A stretch of DNA of 64,000 bases, from assembly GCA_963767925.1 (NCBI GenBank), contig CAVYGB010000010.1:1312001-1376000 (forward strand), read 5' to 3'. The first letter of the stretch is position 1, and each line of letters begins with the position of its first letter. Of the stretch, positions 35,079 through 44,859 are shown piece by piece. Position numbers and translations under genes: made by a program. The notes below the pieces were generated by a model. The model worked only from the letters and a program-made list of their open reading frames with translations. It did not search any database and was not told the DNA's origin. This DNA comes from an uncultured delta proteobacterium. Its GTDB lineage: Bacteria; Myxococcota_A; Polyangia; Fen-1088.

Positions 35079-38000
35079 ATGCGCGCCCTCCGGGCCATCC
35101 TCCTGCTGACCGCCCTGGCCGCCTGCTCCCGGCGGCCCGAGGGCGAGCCCGAGCCCCCGACCGCCGAGCTGGTGATCGGGGGGCAGCCGCTGGTGCGGTC
35201 GGGCGCCATCTGGCGGTACCTCGATGACGGCAGCGATCCCGGTCCCACCTGGCTGTCGCCCGAGCTCGACGACCTGGCCTGGAAGATCGGCCCCGCCCCG
35301 CTGGGCTACGGCCTGGGCAACGAGGCCACCGTCGTCGGCTTCGGTCCCGACCCCGCCCGCAAGCACATCACCACCTATTTGCGGGGGGAGTTCCAGCTCG
35401 ACGATCCACTCACCATCGATCGCCTCCTGCTGCGCGTCGTCCACGACGACGGGGCGGCGGTCTACCTCAACGGGGTGGAGATCTACCGGGCCAACTTGCC
35501 GGCCGGACCGCTGCGCCCCGACACCCTCAGCGACGCGGCCGCCGATGGCGCCGAGGCCGTGGAGCGGGCCCTCGATCCCGCCTGGTTCCGGCCGTTGTTG
35601 CAGGCCGGCCGCAACATCGTCGCCGCCGAGGTCCACCAGTACGAGGGGACCAGCCCGGCGATGGTCTTCGACCTCGCCCTCACCGCCAACGCGCCGGTCA
35701 CCATCACCCGCGGCCCCTTCCTGCAGTCGGGCAGCCCCGGCGAGGCCATCTTGCGCTGGCGCACCAACCTGCCCTCCCGCAGCCGGGTGACCTACGGCGC
35801 CCTCGGCGCCGGCGGACCGATGGAGCTGACCGAGAGCGAGGTCGCCAGCACCGAGCACCTGGTCCGCCTCGGCGGGCTGCGGCCCGCCACCCGCTACGAC
35901 TACACCATCGGCACCCCCGACGGCGCGCTGGTGGGCGGCGACGGCGAGCACTTCTTCGTGACCCCGCCGCTGCCCGGCACGGTCAAGCCGACCCGCATCT
36001 GGGTCATCGGCGACTCGGGCACCGCCGACGCCAACGCGGCCGCGGTGTATCGGGCCTACCGCTCCTTCACCGGCCGCCGCCACACCGACGTCTGGCTCAT
36101 GCTGGGGGACAACGCCTACCTCGAGGGGACCGACGAGCAGTACCAGCGCGCGGTGTTCGACTTTTACCCCGAGATGCTGCGCCAGGTGTTCGTCTGGCCC
36201 GCCATCGGCAACCACGAGACCTATTTCGGCGGCGCCCCCCAGGCCAGCCCCTACCTCGACATCTTCACCCTGCCCACCCGGGCCGAGGTGGGCGGCCTCG
36301 CCTCGGGCGGCGAGCTCTATTACTCCTTCGACCACGGCAACATCCACTTCGTCGCCCTCGACTCGATGGTCTCTTCGCGCGCGCCCGGGGCTCCGATGTG
36401 GACCTGGCTGGAGGCGGACCTGGCGGCCAACGACAGGACCTGGCTGATCGCCTACTGGCACCACCCGCCCTACTCGAAGGGGAGCCACGACTCCGACAAC
36501 GCCGGCGGGTTCGACCGGCAGCTGGTCGAGATGCGCGAGCGCGCGCTGCCCCTCCTGGAGGCGCACGGGGTCGACCTGGTGCTGGGCGGCCACAGCCACA
36601 GCTACGAGCGGTCGTTCCTGCTGTCCGGGCACTACGGCCCCTCGACCAGCCTCGACGGCGCAATGAAGCGGGACCACGGCAGCGGCCAGCGGGACGGGAC
36701 GGGGGCCTACGCCAAGACCGCCCGCGCCACCGGCGGCAACGAGGGGACGGTCTACGTGGTGGCGGGCAGCGCCGGCCTCACCACCCCCCAGATCGGCCGC
36801 CACCCGGCGATGTACCTCAGCCTTGTCGAGCTGGGCTCGCTGGTGCTCGACGTGGAGGGGGACCACCTGTCGGCGTCGTTCCTGGGCCACGACGGCACCA
36901 TCCAGGACCAGTTCGCCATCGACAAGAACGTGCCCGAGGCCAGCGCCCCGCCGGGAGCGCCCAGTGACCTGCTGGCCTTCGCCGGACCCGGGCGCACCGC
37001 CGTGCTGATCTGGACCCACCGGGCGTCCGACGAGACCGGCTTCGTGATCGAGCGAGCCACCGGCGACGGGCGCTTCGCCCTCCACGCCGAGCTGGGGGCC
37101 AACGCCAGCCAGTTCTCCGACGGCGCCGTCCAGGTGGGCGAGCGCTACCGCTACCAGGTGCGAGCCAGCAACCCGGCCGGCGTCTCGCCCGCCTCGAACG
37201 TCGCCTCGATCCTGCTGCTCGAGCCGCCGCCCCCCGACGCGGCGGTGCCCGGCGAGGTGGATCCGACGATCGCGGTGCGCACCGGGGGCGGCGGGCTGCA
37301 CTGCCGGTTCGGCGGGGGCGACTCAGCGCCGGCGGGCGGCCGCCCGCTCTTCGCGGCCCTGACCATGCTGGCGGTCGCGGTCCTCCGGCGGCGGCGGCGG
37401 GCGGGCGCGCTGCCGGGCGCGCTGGCCATCCTGGTGGCGACCATCGCCCTCGGCACGGCGACCCGGGTCCGGGCGCACGGCTCGGAGGAGGAGCGGCTGG
37501 CGGCCCTGCAGGCCGCCGTGGCCGCCCACCCCGGCCGGGGCGGGCCCTACGTGCAGCGGGGCGAGTTCTTCCGGCAGATGGGCCGCCGCCAGGACGCGCT
37601 GGCCGACTTCGCCCGCGCCGCGCAGATCGAGCCCGCGCTGCCCGGCCTCGACCGGCTCAACGCGCGCGTGCTGCTCGATCTCGGCCGGACCGAAGAGGCG
37701 CGGACCCGGCTCGAGCGCGCCCTGACCACCAACCCCGACGACGGGGAGGCCTTGCGCCTGCGGGCCCGCCTGCTCATGGAGGGCGGCGATGCCAGCGGCG
37801 CGGTCCGCGACCTGGCCCACCTGCTGACCCTGCCCGGCGATCCCGCCAACTCCGAGGACCACCTGCACCACGCTCGCGCCCTGCGCGCCGCCCGCCAGCC
37901 CACCCGCGCCGCCCGCGCCCTCGAGCAGGCCACCTCACGTTACGGCCGCCTCGTCGTCCTCGAGCTGGAGGCGATCGATCTGGCGCTCGAGCGCCGCCGC

Positions 38001-38234
38001 TTCGACGAGGCCCTGGCCCGGGTCGACGCCTTCGCCGACACCGTCGCGCGCAAGGAGACCTGGCTGGCCCGCCGGGGCGCCATCCTGGTAGCCGCCGGCC
38101 GCCCCGCTGCGGCCCGCAGCGCGTACCAGGCGACGTTGGCGGCGATCGAGCGCTTGCCGCCGCGACTGCGGGGAACCGGCGCGATGCTGGCGCTCGTCGC
38201 CAGCACCCGCGAGGAGCTGGCGAAGCTCCACTGA
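35079..38234 (+). CDS. Purple-acid-phosphatase-type metallophosphoesterase + FN3 + internal MYXO-CTERM-like segment + TPR domain
   Basis: LAAC lipobox; IGDSG, GDNAY, GNHE, HHPPY, GHSH; FN3 (ETGFVIER, YRYQVRASN); GGGGLHC...TM-RRRRR; TPRs from about residue 800. Confidence 0.88.
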   Translation: MRALRAILLLTALAACSRRPEGEPEPPTAELVIGGQPLVRSGAIWRYLDDGSDPGPTWLSPELDDLAWKIGPAPLGYGLGNEATVVGFGPDPARKHITTYLRGEFQLDDPLTIDRLLLRVVHDDGAAVYLNGVEIYRANLPAGPLRPDTLSDAAADGAEAVERALDPAWFRPLLQAGRNIVAAEVHQYEGTSPAMVFDLALTANAPVTITRGPFLQSGSPGEAILRWRTNLPSRSRVTYGALGAGGPMELTESEVASTEHLVRLGGLRPATRYDYTIGTPDGALVGGDGEHFFVTPPLPGTVKPTRIWVIGDSGTADANAAAVYRAYRSFTGRRHTDVWLMLGDNAYLEGTDEQYQRAVFDFYPEMLRQVFVWPAIGNHETYFGGAPQASPYLDIFTLPTRAEVGGLASGGELYYSFDHGNIHFVALDSMVSSRAPGAPMWTWLEADLAANDRTWLIAYWHHPPYSKGSHDSDNAGGFDRQLVEMRERALPLLEAHGVDLVLGGHSHSYERSFLLSGHYGPSTSLDGAMKRDHGSGQRDGTGAYAKTARATGGNEGTVYVVAGSAGLTTPQIGRHPAMYLSLVELGSLVLDVEGDHLSASFLGHDGTIQDQFAIDKNVPEASAPPGAPSDLLAFAGPGRTAVLIWTHRASDETGFVIERATGDGRFALHAELGANASQFSDGAVQVGERYRYQVRASNPAGVSPASNVASILLLEPPPPDAAVPGEVDPTIAVRTGGGGLHCRFGGGDSAPAGGRPLFAALTMLAVAVLRRRRRAGALPGALAILVATIALGTATRVRAHGSEEERLAALQAAVAAHPGRGGPYVQRGEFFRQMGRRQDALADFARAAQIEPALPGLDRLNARVLLDLGRTEEARTRLERALTTNPDDGEALRLRARLLMEGGDASGAVRDLAHLLTLPGDPANSEDHLHHARALRAARQPTRAARALEQATSRYGRLVVLELEAIDLALERRRFDEALARVDAFADTVARKETWLARRGAILVAAGRPAAARSAYQATLAAIERLPPRLRGTGAMLALVASTREELAKLH

Positions 38235-38245
38235 TCCGAAGCGAA

Positions 38246-38460
38246 GCCCCCTCACCCCTCCCCGCTGCCGCGGGACGAGGGCGAACGGGCAGCGGGGCGC
38301 GAAGATCTCGACCGGATCCACCGCGGGCGAGGGACGAACGGGCCGCGGAGCGAAGATCTCGGGCGAACGCCAGGGATCGCTCGCTCGGATGATGATGGGG
38401 GCACCTGGCGGATTGTTCGCCCTCGCCCCGCGGCAGCGGGGAGAGGGAGGGGTGAGGGGC
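38246..38460. repeat. Inverted pair of REP-like units (REPIN/BIME-like)
   Basis: 38246-38286 and 38415-38460 are near reverse complements; internal direct repeat ...GCGAAGATCTCG. Confidence 0.82.
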
Positions 38461-38469
38461 CTCCGGGGC

Positions 38470-41301
38470 TCACAACTCGATCATCTCGACCGCGCCGGGG
38501 GCGAGCGGCACGACGAACGATCGCGCCGCTCCCTCGCTCACCGGGACGCTGCCGCCCGCGAGGTGCCGCCGAGCCTCGCGCTTGCCGGGGGGGAGGGCCA
38601 GGGCGGGGTCGAGGCGGATGGTGGCGTCGACCGGGCGCTCACCGGTGTTGCGCAGGGTGAAGAACAGCTCGCCCGGGCGGCCGTAGCGCTCGATGTGGAC
38701 GTTGCGATCGGAGCTGCGGGCCAGGGTCACCACCTCCCAGCCGGCCTTGCTGAGCTTGCGCACGAGCGGCACGTAGCGCTGGAACAGCGGCCGGTCCCGG
38801 TTGTACAGGGCGGGGTTCTCCCAGTACGGGTTGCTGGCCGCGTCGGCGCTGAAGAAGCTGGGGTAAAACGCGTAAAAAAGCGCGATCTGGAAGTAGCGCT
38901 CGACCCGGTTCTCCTTGCCCATCGCCTGGAAGTCGCTGTTTTGCAGGAGGCCGAAGGGGCGCTTTTGCGACAGCGTCCGCCGGTAGCTCATGGTGGCGTC
39001 GTCGTCGGGCACGAACTTGCCCTCCCGCAGCCAGTTGCTCTCCACGCCGAGGTAGTCGAACACGTCGGCGCCCCAGGGCAGCCCCTCGGGCACGGTGTTG
39101 CCCATCAGCAACCGGGCCATCCGCCCGTGCACGTCGCGCTCGAGCCACTGCAGAAAGGCCACCGTGGCGAACAGCGAGGGGATCCCGATGGCCCGTCCCT
39201 CGCCCATGAAGGTGGGGGGCTGCTTGCTGGCCGCCAGGTGGCTGCGCCGCTGGTCGAGCATGAGCCGGAAGGTGGAGGCCTGCACACCGTCGACGAACTC
39301 GCCGTCCAGCTCGGGAATCCGCTGGTGCAGGTTGCGAGCCTGGTCGTTCCAGTCGGCCTGGGCCTTGTTGGTGGGGTACTGCGGGTCGGCGATGTCGGGG
39401 TCGGCGCTCACCGGGAAGACCGCGCAGCCCGCGCTCCCCATGCACCAGGGGATCTCTCCCTTGGGCGCCCAGCGGTAGATGGGCTGGCCCTCCCCGTCGT
39501 GGAAGGCCGAGCTGAGGATGGCCTCGGCCTGCGCGCGCTGCACGGGGGTGCCACCCTGGTGCTGCGCCTGCAGGCGCGCCGCCACCCGCGCCGGGATCCC
39601 GGGGTCGAGCGGCGGGACCGAGGCCCCCTCGACCCCCAGCAGGTACGAGTCGGGGATCTGCAGGTAGCGAAAGGAGGCGATGCCCAGGGCCTCGTCGGTG
39701 GCGACCTCGTCGAGGTCGTGCAGCTCGTGCACCCCGAAGCCGAAGTCGGCGACCTTGTTGATCTTCGACTTGCTGGAGAAGGGCAGCCAGATCCCCTCCT
39801 GCTCGTCCCGCATCCGCCGGGTGAAGGCCTCGGCGAAGCGCTCGTAATACCCCTGGGCCGCCGCCCGGAAGCCCCAGGCCGGATCGAAGCGGAAGAGGGT
39901 GAAGTCGACCCAGGTCCGCCCGGGAAAGCGGGCCGTCTCCGGCGACAGGCCGAGGTCGAACGAGACGTGGAGCTGCCCGGTGACCGGGTTGGCGGCGAAG
40001 CGAAACACGCGCGGCTCGGTCAGCCCGTGGGCCAGCGCGATCCCGCCCGGGGCGCCCCAGGCGGCCGCCCAGGGATAACGGCTCAGCGACCCGGTCGCGC
40101 CGATGTCCCACTCCTGGCTCGTGTTCGATAGCTCGGACCGGCCGGCGATGGGCCGCTCGGCCCGGATGTGGTCACCCCAGACCCAGCCGGGCGAGCCGGC
40201 GATCCGCAGGGGCAAGGCGAAGGTGAGGGTGACGGCGCGGGGCTCCCCCCGCGTGTCGGCCAGCTCGGCGTGCACGTCGATGCGATCGGGGCGGGGGGTG
40301 TAGCGGGCGCTGAAGCGCAGCCCGAGATCCGCGAGGTCGCCGGTGTGCACCAGCCCGCTGCCCTCGGCGCGGAGCTGGCCGCCGGGGTGGACCCAGCCGC
40401 TGCGGGCGCGCACGTCGCGCACGAAGAAGCCGCCCAGGTGGGCCCCCGCCGGATCGGCCGCCTCCTGGCCGCCGAGGCCGAGCGAGGCGACCCCGCCCCC
40501 TTCGGTCAGCTTCACCACCAGCCCGTCGCCGCTGGCCAGGGTGCGGGCGTTCGCCGCTGGCGCGGGCAGCTTCGGCGCGGGGGCCGGCGCCGCCTCCTGG
40601 CCGTCGAACACGACCGCGGGCGGCGCGACCTCCCGCACCGAGACGTCGTCGAACCAGACCGTCCCGGTGTGCCGGTTGCGGAACAGGCAATGCACGAAGG
40701 CCCGCTGCACCGGCAGGGCCGGCGTCAGCACGCGCTGGCGGACCTCCCAGTCGTGGCTCCCCACCGCGAACGGCAGGACGTGGCCGTAAGAGGCGGTGCC
40801 GTCGGCGTGGTGCAGATCGATGTACAGGCTGTAGTCGGCGTCAGGCTCGCCGGTGACGTTCTCCGCCCGGCTCGCCGCCGCGATGACGATCGGACCCGGC
40901 TCGCGCTGGTCGAGCACGATGGCGGCGACCGCGCCGTGGGCCTTGCCCGGCGCCGGGCTGCCCAGCTTCAGCGCGCGCCCGCCAGCGCGCCCGCCGGTGC
41001 GATCGATCTGGTAGCCCTCGCCGAACGGCGACCAGCCCTCCGCCTCGCTGGGCGACCCCCGCTCGAAGCCGGAATTGGCGGCAGCGGCGGCGGCGGCGAC
41101 CTGACCGGCGCGCGGATCGTGAAAGACGGGCCAAACCGGCACCTCCCCGCCGGCGGGAGGCCCGCCCCCGGCGTCCCGCGCCGGGCGCGCCAGGCCACAT
41201 CCGAAGATCGAACCAGCCAGCAAGACATAGACAACGCCGTTCGGATGCAGTGGACCAGCGCGAAGGCGCCTGGCCCGGTCCCGGTGACTCGACTTGTTCA
41301 T
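38470..41301 (-). CDS. Large secreted protein, putative carbohydrate-active (CBM-like domain plus unassigned catalytic region)
   Basis: IFGC lipobox-like; NSGFE...W...GSHDWE...GTVWFDDVSV is CBM4/9-like; LDGEFVD and DYLGVE suggest a TIM-barrel glycosidase. Confidence 0.6.
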   Translation of the reverse strand: MNKSSHRDRARRLRAGPLHPNGVVYVLLAGSIFGCGLARPARDAGGGPPAGGEVPVWPVFHDPRAGQVAAAAAAANSGFERGSPSEAEGWSPFGEGYQIDRTGGRAGGRALKLGSPAPGKAHGAVAAIVLDQREPGPIVIAAASRAENVTGEPDADYSLYIDLHHADGTASYGHVLPFAVGSHDWEVRQRVLTPALPVQRAFVHCLFRNRHTGTVWFDDVSVREVAPPAVVFDGQEAAPAPAPKLPAPAANARTLASGDGLVVKLTEGGGVASLGLGGQEAADPAGAHLGGFFVRDVRARSGWVHPGGQLRAEGSGLVHTGDLADLGLRFSARYTPRPDRIDVHAELADTRGEPRAVTLTFALPLRIAGSPGWVWGDHIRAERPIAGRSELSNTSQEWDIGATGSLSRYPWAAAWGAPGGIALAHGLTEPRVFRFAANPVTGQLHVSFDLGLSPETARFPGRTWVDFTLFRFDPAWGFRAAAQGYYERFAEAFTRRMRDEQEGIWLPFSSKSKINKVADFGFGVHELHDLDEVATDEALGIASFRYLQIPDSYLLGVEGASVPPLDPGIPARVAARLQAQHQGGTPVQRAQAEAILSSAFHDGEGQPIYRWAPKGEIPWCMGSAGCAVFPVSADPDIADPQYPTNKAQADWNDQARNLHQRIPELDGEFVDGVQASTFRLMLDQRRSHLAASKQPPTFMGEGRAIGIPSLFATVAFLQWLERDVHGRMARLLMGNTVPEGLPWGADVFDYLGVESNWLREGKFVPDDDATMSYRRTLSQKRPFGLLQNSDFQAMGKENRVERYFQIALFYAFYPSFFSADAASNPYWENPALYNRDRPLFQRYVPLVRKLSKAGWEVVTLARSSDRNVHIERYGRPGELFFTLRNTGERPVDATIRLDPALALPPGKREARRHLAGGSVPVSEGAARSFVVPLAPGAVEMIEL

Positions 41302-41404
41302 GGGGTGAGAGGTGCAGCCCGCTGCGGCAGCCGCGCAAGCGGGAGCATACCCTTGCTTGCGTTTAAGGTAAGCTCCCGGGTGGACCCTGGGGAAGGCGAA
41401 CGCC

Positions 41405-43357
41405 ATGTGCCGAGCGACAGGAACGGGGTATCACGGGGAGACCGCACGCCGGCGACGGGCAGGCGGGGCCTGGATCGGGCTGGCGGCCCTGGCCGCCGCC
41501 CTGGGCGCGTGCGGAGGATCGAGCGCCGAGCCCGAGCCGGAACCGGGGGTGCCACCGCCGATGACCGGCTGGGGGGACGCCACCGTCTTCGGGGGGGGCG
41601 TGCTCCGGTACGAATTCACCCTCGAGCCGGCCGCGTTCGACCAGCTCATCGCCACCGCCGCCGCCGAGCGCTACGTGCCCGCGACGTTGACCGTCTCGGG
41701 CGAGCCGGTGGGGATGGTGGGGCTGCGCTTCAAGGGCTCGGACGGGACGCTGACCCCTTGCTTCGAGAACGGGCGCCAGGTCTGCGCCAAGGCCTCCTTC
41801 AAGGTGCGCTTCGATTTCGTCGATCCCGCCCGGCGGTTCCAGGCGCTGTCCCGGCTCAACTTCCACTCGATGATCGATGATCCGACGCTGCTGCACGAGC
41901 GGCTCAACGCCAAGTTCTTCGCCGACATGGAGATCCAGGCCCCCCGCGTCTCGCACGCCGAGCTCACCGTCAACGGCGAGAACAAGGGCCTGTTCGCGGT
42001 TGTCGAGGAGGTCGATCAGGTGTTCGTCCAGGACCGCTGGAAGGGCAACGGCAACCTCTACAAGGAGGCCTGGCCCAACGACGTCGATGCCGACGCCTAC
42101 GCCGACGCCCTCGAGACCAACACCAGCGCGCCCAACCACAGCGGCATGGTGGCCTTCGCCCAGGGGCTGACCACCGCCCAGCCGGCCGAGCTGCCGGGCG
42201 TGCTCAACCACTTCGCCGACGTCGACTACCTGCTGCGCTACCTGGCGGTCGACCGGGCCATCTCGAACTACGACGGCTTCACCACGTTTTACTGCGACGA
42301 CCTCGGCCACGGCTGCAGCAACCACAACTACTACTGGTACCAGTCGGAGGGGGAGACACGCTTCTGGCTCGTCCCCTGGGACCTGGGCGACTCGCTCGCC
42401 CTGCAGACGCCGATGGATCCCGTGCCCGACTGGGACCGCCCGCCGGCGAGCTGCGACCTGCGCTTCCGCATCGAGGGGGCGGTGTTGATGCCGGCCGCCT
42501 GCGACCCGCTGTTCGCCGCTCTGCGGGGGGTGGGGCGGGGCGCGTTCGTCGGCGCGCTCGACCGCCTGCTCGCGGTCTGGGACATGAGCGCCCTCTACCG
42601 CCAGATCGACGCCTGGACCGCGGAGATCGGCGACGCCGTCGCCCGGGACGGCACCCTGGCCGGAGCGGTGAGCTGGAAGTCGGCGGTGCGGGCGCTCAAG
42701 CGGGACTTGCTGGCGCTGCGCGAGCGCATCGAGAGCAACCGCGAGGGCCTGACCCCCACCCCCTTCGCGCTGGCCGCCCCCGGGGTCACCGACTTCGAGG
42801 GCACCACCGCGCTGGGGTTCTTGCTGACGACGACGAGCGAGAGCAACCTGCGCAGCGGGGCCATCCACGACCTCAACCGGCGGGGCCCCCTGGGCGGCGG
42901 CGCCGACGCCCGCCTGGACTTCGAGCTGCGCAACGACAGCAGCGACGTGGCCACGGGCGCCTTCACCCAGTGGGCCAACATGACCTTGCCCCTGGCGGGG
43001 CCCACCGATCTCGGCGGCCTCCGCCGGATCCGGCTGCGCCTGGCGGCCGACAACCTGCGCTCGGTCCGCCTCGAGATCGCCGGCCCCGGCTACGCCGACC
43101 CGGAGAACGACGACCGCTACGGCTGGCCGCTGCTGGCCAGCAACAGCGGCCAGACCTACACCCTCGAGGTGGCCGACCTGGCCCTGGCCGACGGCAACCG
43201 CCAGGGCTCGGTGCCGGTGGCCCGCGTGCTGGCCGCCATCTCCAGCCTCATCCTCACCCCCGACGCCCGCGGCCGCAGCGAGGCGGGCCTGCTGCCCGCC
43301 GGCGGGGCGGACGTCGGCTTCGTGCAGATCGACGACATCTCCTTCGAGATGGAGTGA
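41405..43357 (+). CDS. CotH-family kinase lipoprotein with C-terminal CIA30/CBM11-like domain
   Basis: LGAC lipobox; VGLRFKG, KASFKVRF, LHERL, GLFAVVEEVD, HNYYWY, VPWDLG; ends VQIDDISFE. Confidence 0.85.
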   Translation: MCRATGTGYHGETARRRRAGGAWIGLAALAAALGACGGSSAEPEPEPGVPPPMTGWGDATVFGGGVLRYEFTLEPAAFDQLIATAAAERYVPATLTVSGEPVGMVGLRFKGSDGTLTPCFENGRQVCAKASFKVRFDFVDPARRFQALSRLNFHSMIDDPTLLHERLNAKFFADMEIQAPRVSHAELTVNGENKGLFAVVEEVDQVFVQDRWKGNGNLYKEAWPNDVDADAYADALETNTSAPNHSGMVAFAQGLTTAQPAELPGVLNHFADVDYLLRYLAVDRAISNYDGFTTFYCDDLGHGCSNHNYYWYQSEGETRFWLVPWDLGDSLALQTPMDPVPDWDRPPASCDLRFRIEGAVLMPAACDPLFAALRGVGRGAFVGALDRLLAVWDMSALYRQIDAWTAEIGDAVARDGTLAGAVSWKSAVRALKRDLLALRERIESNREGLTPTPFALAAPGVTDFEGTTALGFLLTTTSESNLRSGAIHDLNRRGPLGGGADARLDFELRNDSSDVATGAFTQWANMTLPLAGPTDLGGLRRIRLRLAADNLRSVRLEIAGPGYADPENDDRYGWPLLASNSGQTYTLEVADLALADGNRQGSVPVARVLAAISSLILTPDARGRSEAGLLPAGGADVGFVQIDDISFEME

Positions 43358-43370
43358 GCGCGCGCGCCGC

Positions 43371-43405
43371 TTGACGGCGCATCGGCAAAGTTCTACTTTG
43401 TAGAA
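43371..43405 (+). promoter_or_regulatory. Sigma70-type promoter overlapped by palindromic operator 1
   Basis: TTGACG (43371)-N17-TACTTT (43394); TTCTAC-TTT-GTAGAA at 43391-43405. Confidence 0.8.
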
Positions 43406-43408
43406 GAA

Positions 43409-43750
43409 GTGCTGAAGGAGGACATCCCCGGCTCGTTCGAGCAGCTGGTCCTGCTGGCGGTCCTGCGGCTGGGCGACAACGCGTACGGCATGACGGTGCG
43501 CCGGGAGCTGGAGATGCGGACCGGGCAGTCGGTGTCGCTGGGGGCCGTCTACACCACCCTCGAGCGGCTCGAGAAGAAGGGCTACCTCGCCGAGCGCGCC
43601 GCCCCGGGGGGGCCGGAGCGGGAGGGGCGGGCCCGCCGCCTGTTCAGCGTCCATGGGGCCGGGGTGGAGGCCCTGCGCCGGGCCCTCGACGTGCTCGATC
43701 GGATGCGGGTCGGCCTGCCCGAGCTGCGCCCGGTGGGGGCCCGCCGGTGA
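43409..43750 (+). CDS. PadR-family transcriptional regulator
   Basis: GSFEQLVLLAVLRL, AYGMTVRRE, GAVYTTLERLEKKG, GRARRLF. Confidence 0.92.
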   Translation: MLKEDIPGSFEQLVLLAVLRLGDNAYGMTVRRELEMRTGQSVSLGAVYTTLERLEKKGYLAERAAPGGPEREGRARRLFSVHGAGVEALRRALDVLDRMRVGLPELRPVGARR

Positions 43751-44778
43751 CGGCGCCCGAGTCGGGACCGGAGCTGTGGGCCCGGCTTCCGCTCGGGAGA
43801 CTGCTGCAGCGGGTGCTGCGGCTGCTGCTGGCCGCCGACCTCCGCGAGGTGTTCCTCGGCGACCTGATAGAGGAGGGCCACCTCCGGCTGCGGGTGAGCC
43901 CGCCGGCCGAGGTGGCGCGCTGGCTGTGGCGCGAGACCCTGCGCTCCGCCCCCGCGCTGATCGGCTGGCGCCTGCGCCGCTTGCTGGCGCGCGCCCAGCC
44001 GCTGCCGGCGGCGGTGATGTTCGGGCCTCGCGGAGGCCACCGCGGCTGGACCCTGTCGCTCGCCGTCTCGCTGTCGGCGCACGCCCTGGCCTTGCTCGCG
44101 GTGGTGGCCTGGGTGTTCTCGCGGGTCGACGAGCTCGATCCGGCCGATCTGCCGCAGCCGATCGCCATGGACGTCCTCGACGAGGACCGGCCCGCGGAGG
44201 CGGACGAGGTGGCGGGGCCCGCGGGCAACGCCGAGGTGGGCGCCCGCCCGCCGGTCCAGGCCCGGGTGCGGCGGCTCAAGCCGACCCGCCGGCCCGGCCT
44301 GCAGGCGCCGGTGCCGGTCGCCGAGGTGGCCGCCGGCGCCCCCGCCCCCGCCGCGCTGCCAGCCGCGCCCCCGGCGGTCGCGGCGGCGCCAACCGCGGCG
44401 CCCGACCCGGGGGTTCCGGCGGGCCGGTCGGCCCTGCTCACCGCCGGCTTCTCCCCGAGCCTGCGCAAGGGCCCACCGGCCGGCGAGCCGCGCCTGCGCC
44501 TGCCGCCGCGGGTGGGGGAGAAACGCTGCCTCTCCTGCCCCTCGCCGCAGCTCCCCCACCCCTACGCCCGCCTCGGCATCGGGCAAGAGATGCTGGTGCA
44601 GGCCTGCGTGAACGTGCGGGGCGAGGTCAGCTCGGCCAAGGTGCTGCGCGGGTTCGACCCGGTCGTCGACGCCAAGGTGGTCGAGACGGTGCGCGGCTGG
44701 CGGATGGCCCCCTTCTCCCTCGATGGGCACCCGGTGCCCTTCTGCTACACGACCCGCTTCCTCTTCACCACCCACTGA
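43747..44778 (+). CDS. TonB-like energy transducer with N-terminal 'permease-prefix'-like cytoplasmic domain
   Basis: REVFLGDLIEE...ARWLWRETLRS; TM with SLSAH (TonB SxxxH); Pro/Ala linker; TonB-C (GEVSSAKVLRG...W..P..DGHPV). GTGA overlap with padR. Confidence 0.78.
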   Translation: MTAPESGPELWARLPLGRLLQRVLRLLLAADLREVFLGDLIEEGHLRLRVSPPAEVARWLWRETLRSAPALIGWRLRRLLARAQPLPAAVMFGPRGGHRGWTLSLAVSLSAHALALLAVVAWVFSRVDELDPADLPQPIAMDVLDEDRPAEADEVAGPAGNAEVGARPPVQARVRRLKPTRRPGLQAPVPVAEVAAGAPAPAALPAAPPAVAAAPTAAPDPGVPAGRSALLTAGFSPSLRKGPPAGEPRLRLPPRVGEKRCLSCPSPQLPHPYARLGIGQEMLVQACVNVRGEVSSAKVLRGFDPVVDAKVVETVRGWRMAPFSLDGHPVPFCYTTRFLFTTH

Positions 44779-44825
44779 GCGGGCGACGCCAGAAGAACGC
44801 GAGCGGCTCTTTTCGTGGACACAAA

Positions 44826-44840
44826 TTCTACATTGTAGAA
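44826..44840. promoter_or_regulatory. Palindromic operator 2
   Basis: TTCTAC-ATT-GTAGAA, 14/15 identical to 43391-43405; 6 nt before a GGAGG RBS. Confidence 0.8.
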
Positions 44841-44859
44841 ACAAGTGGAGGCCAACATC

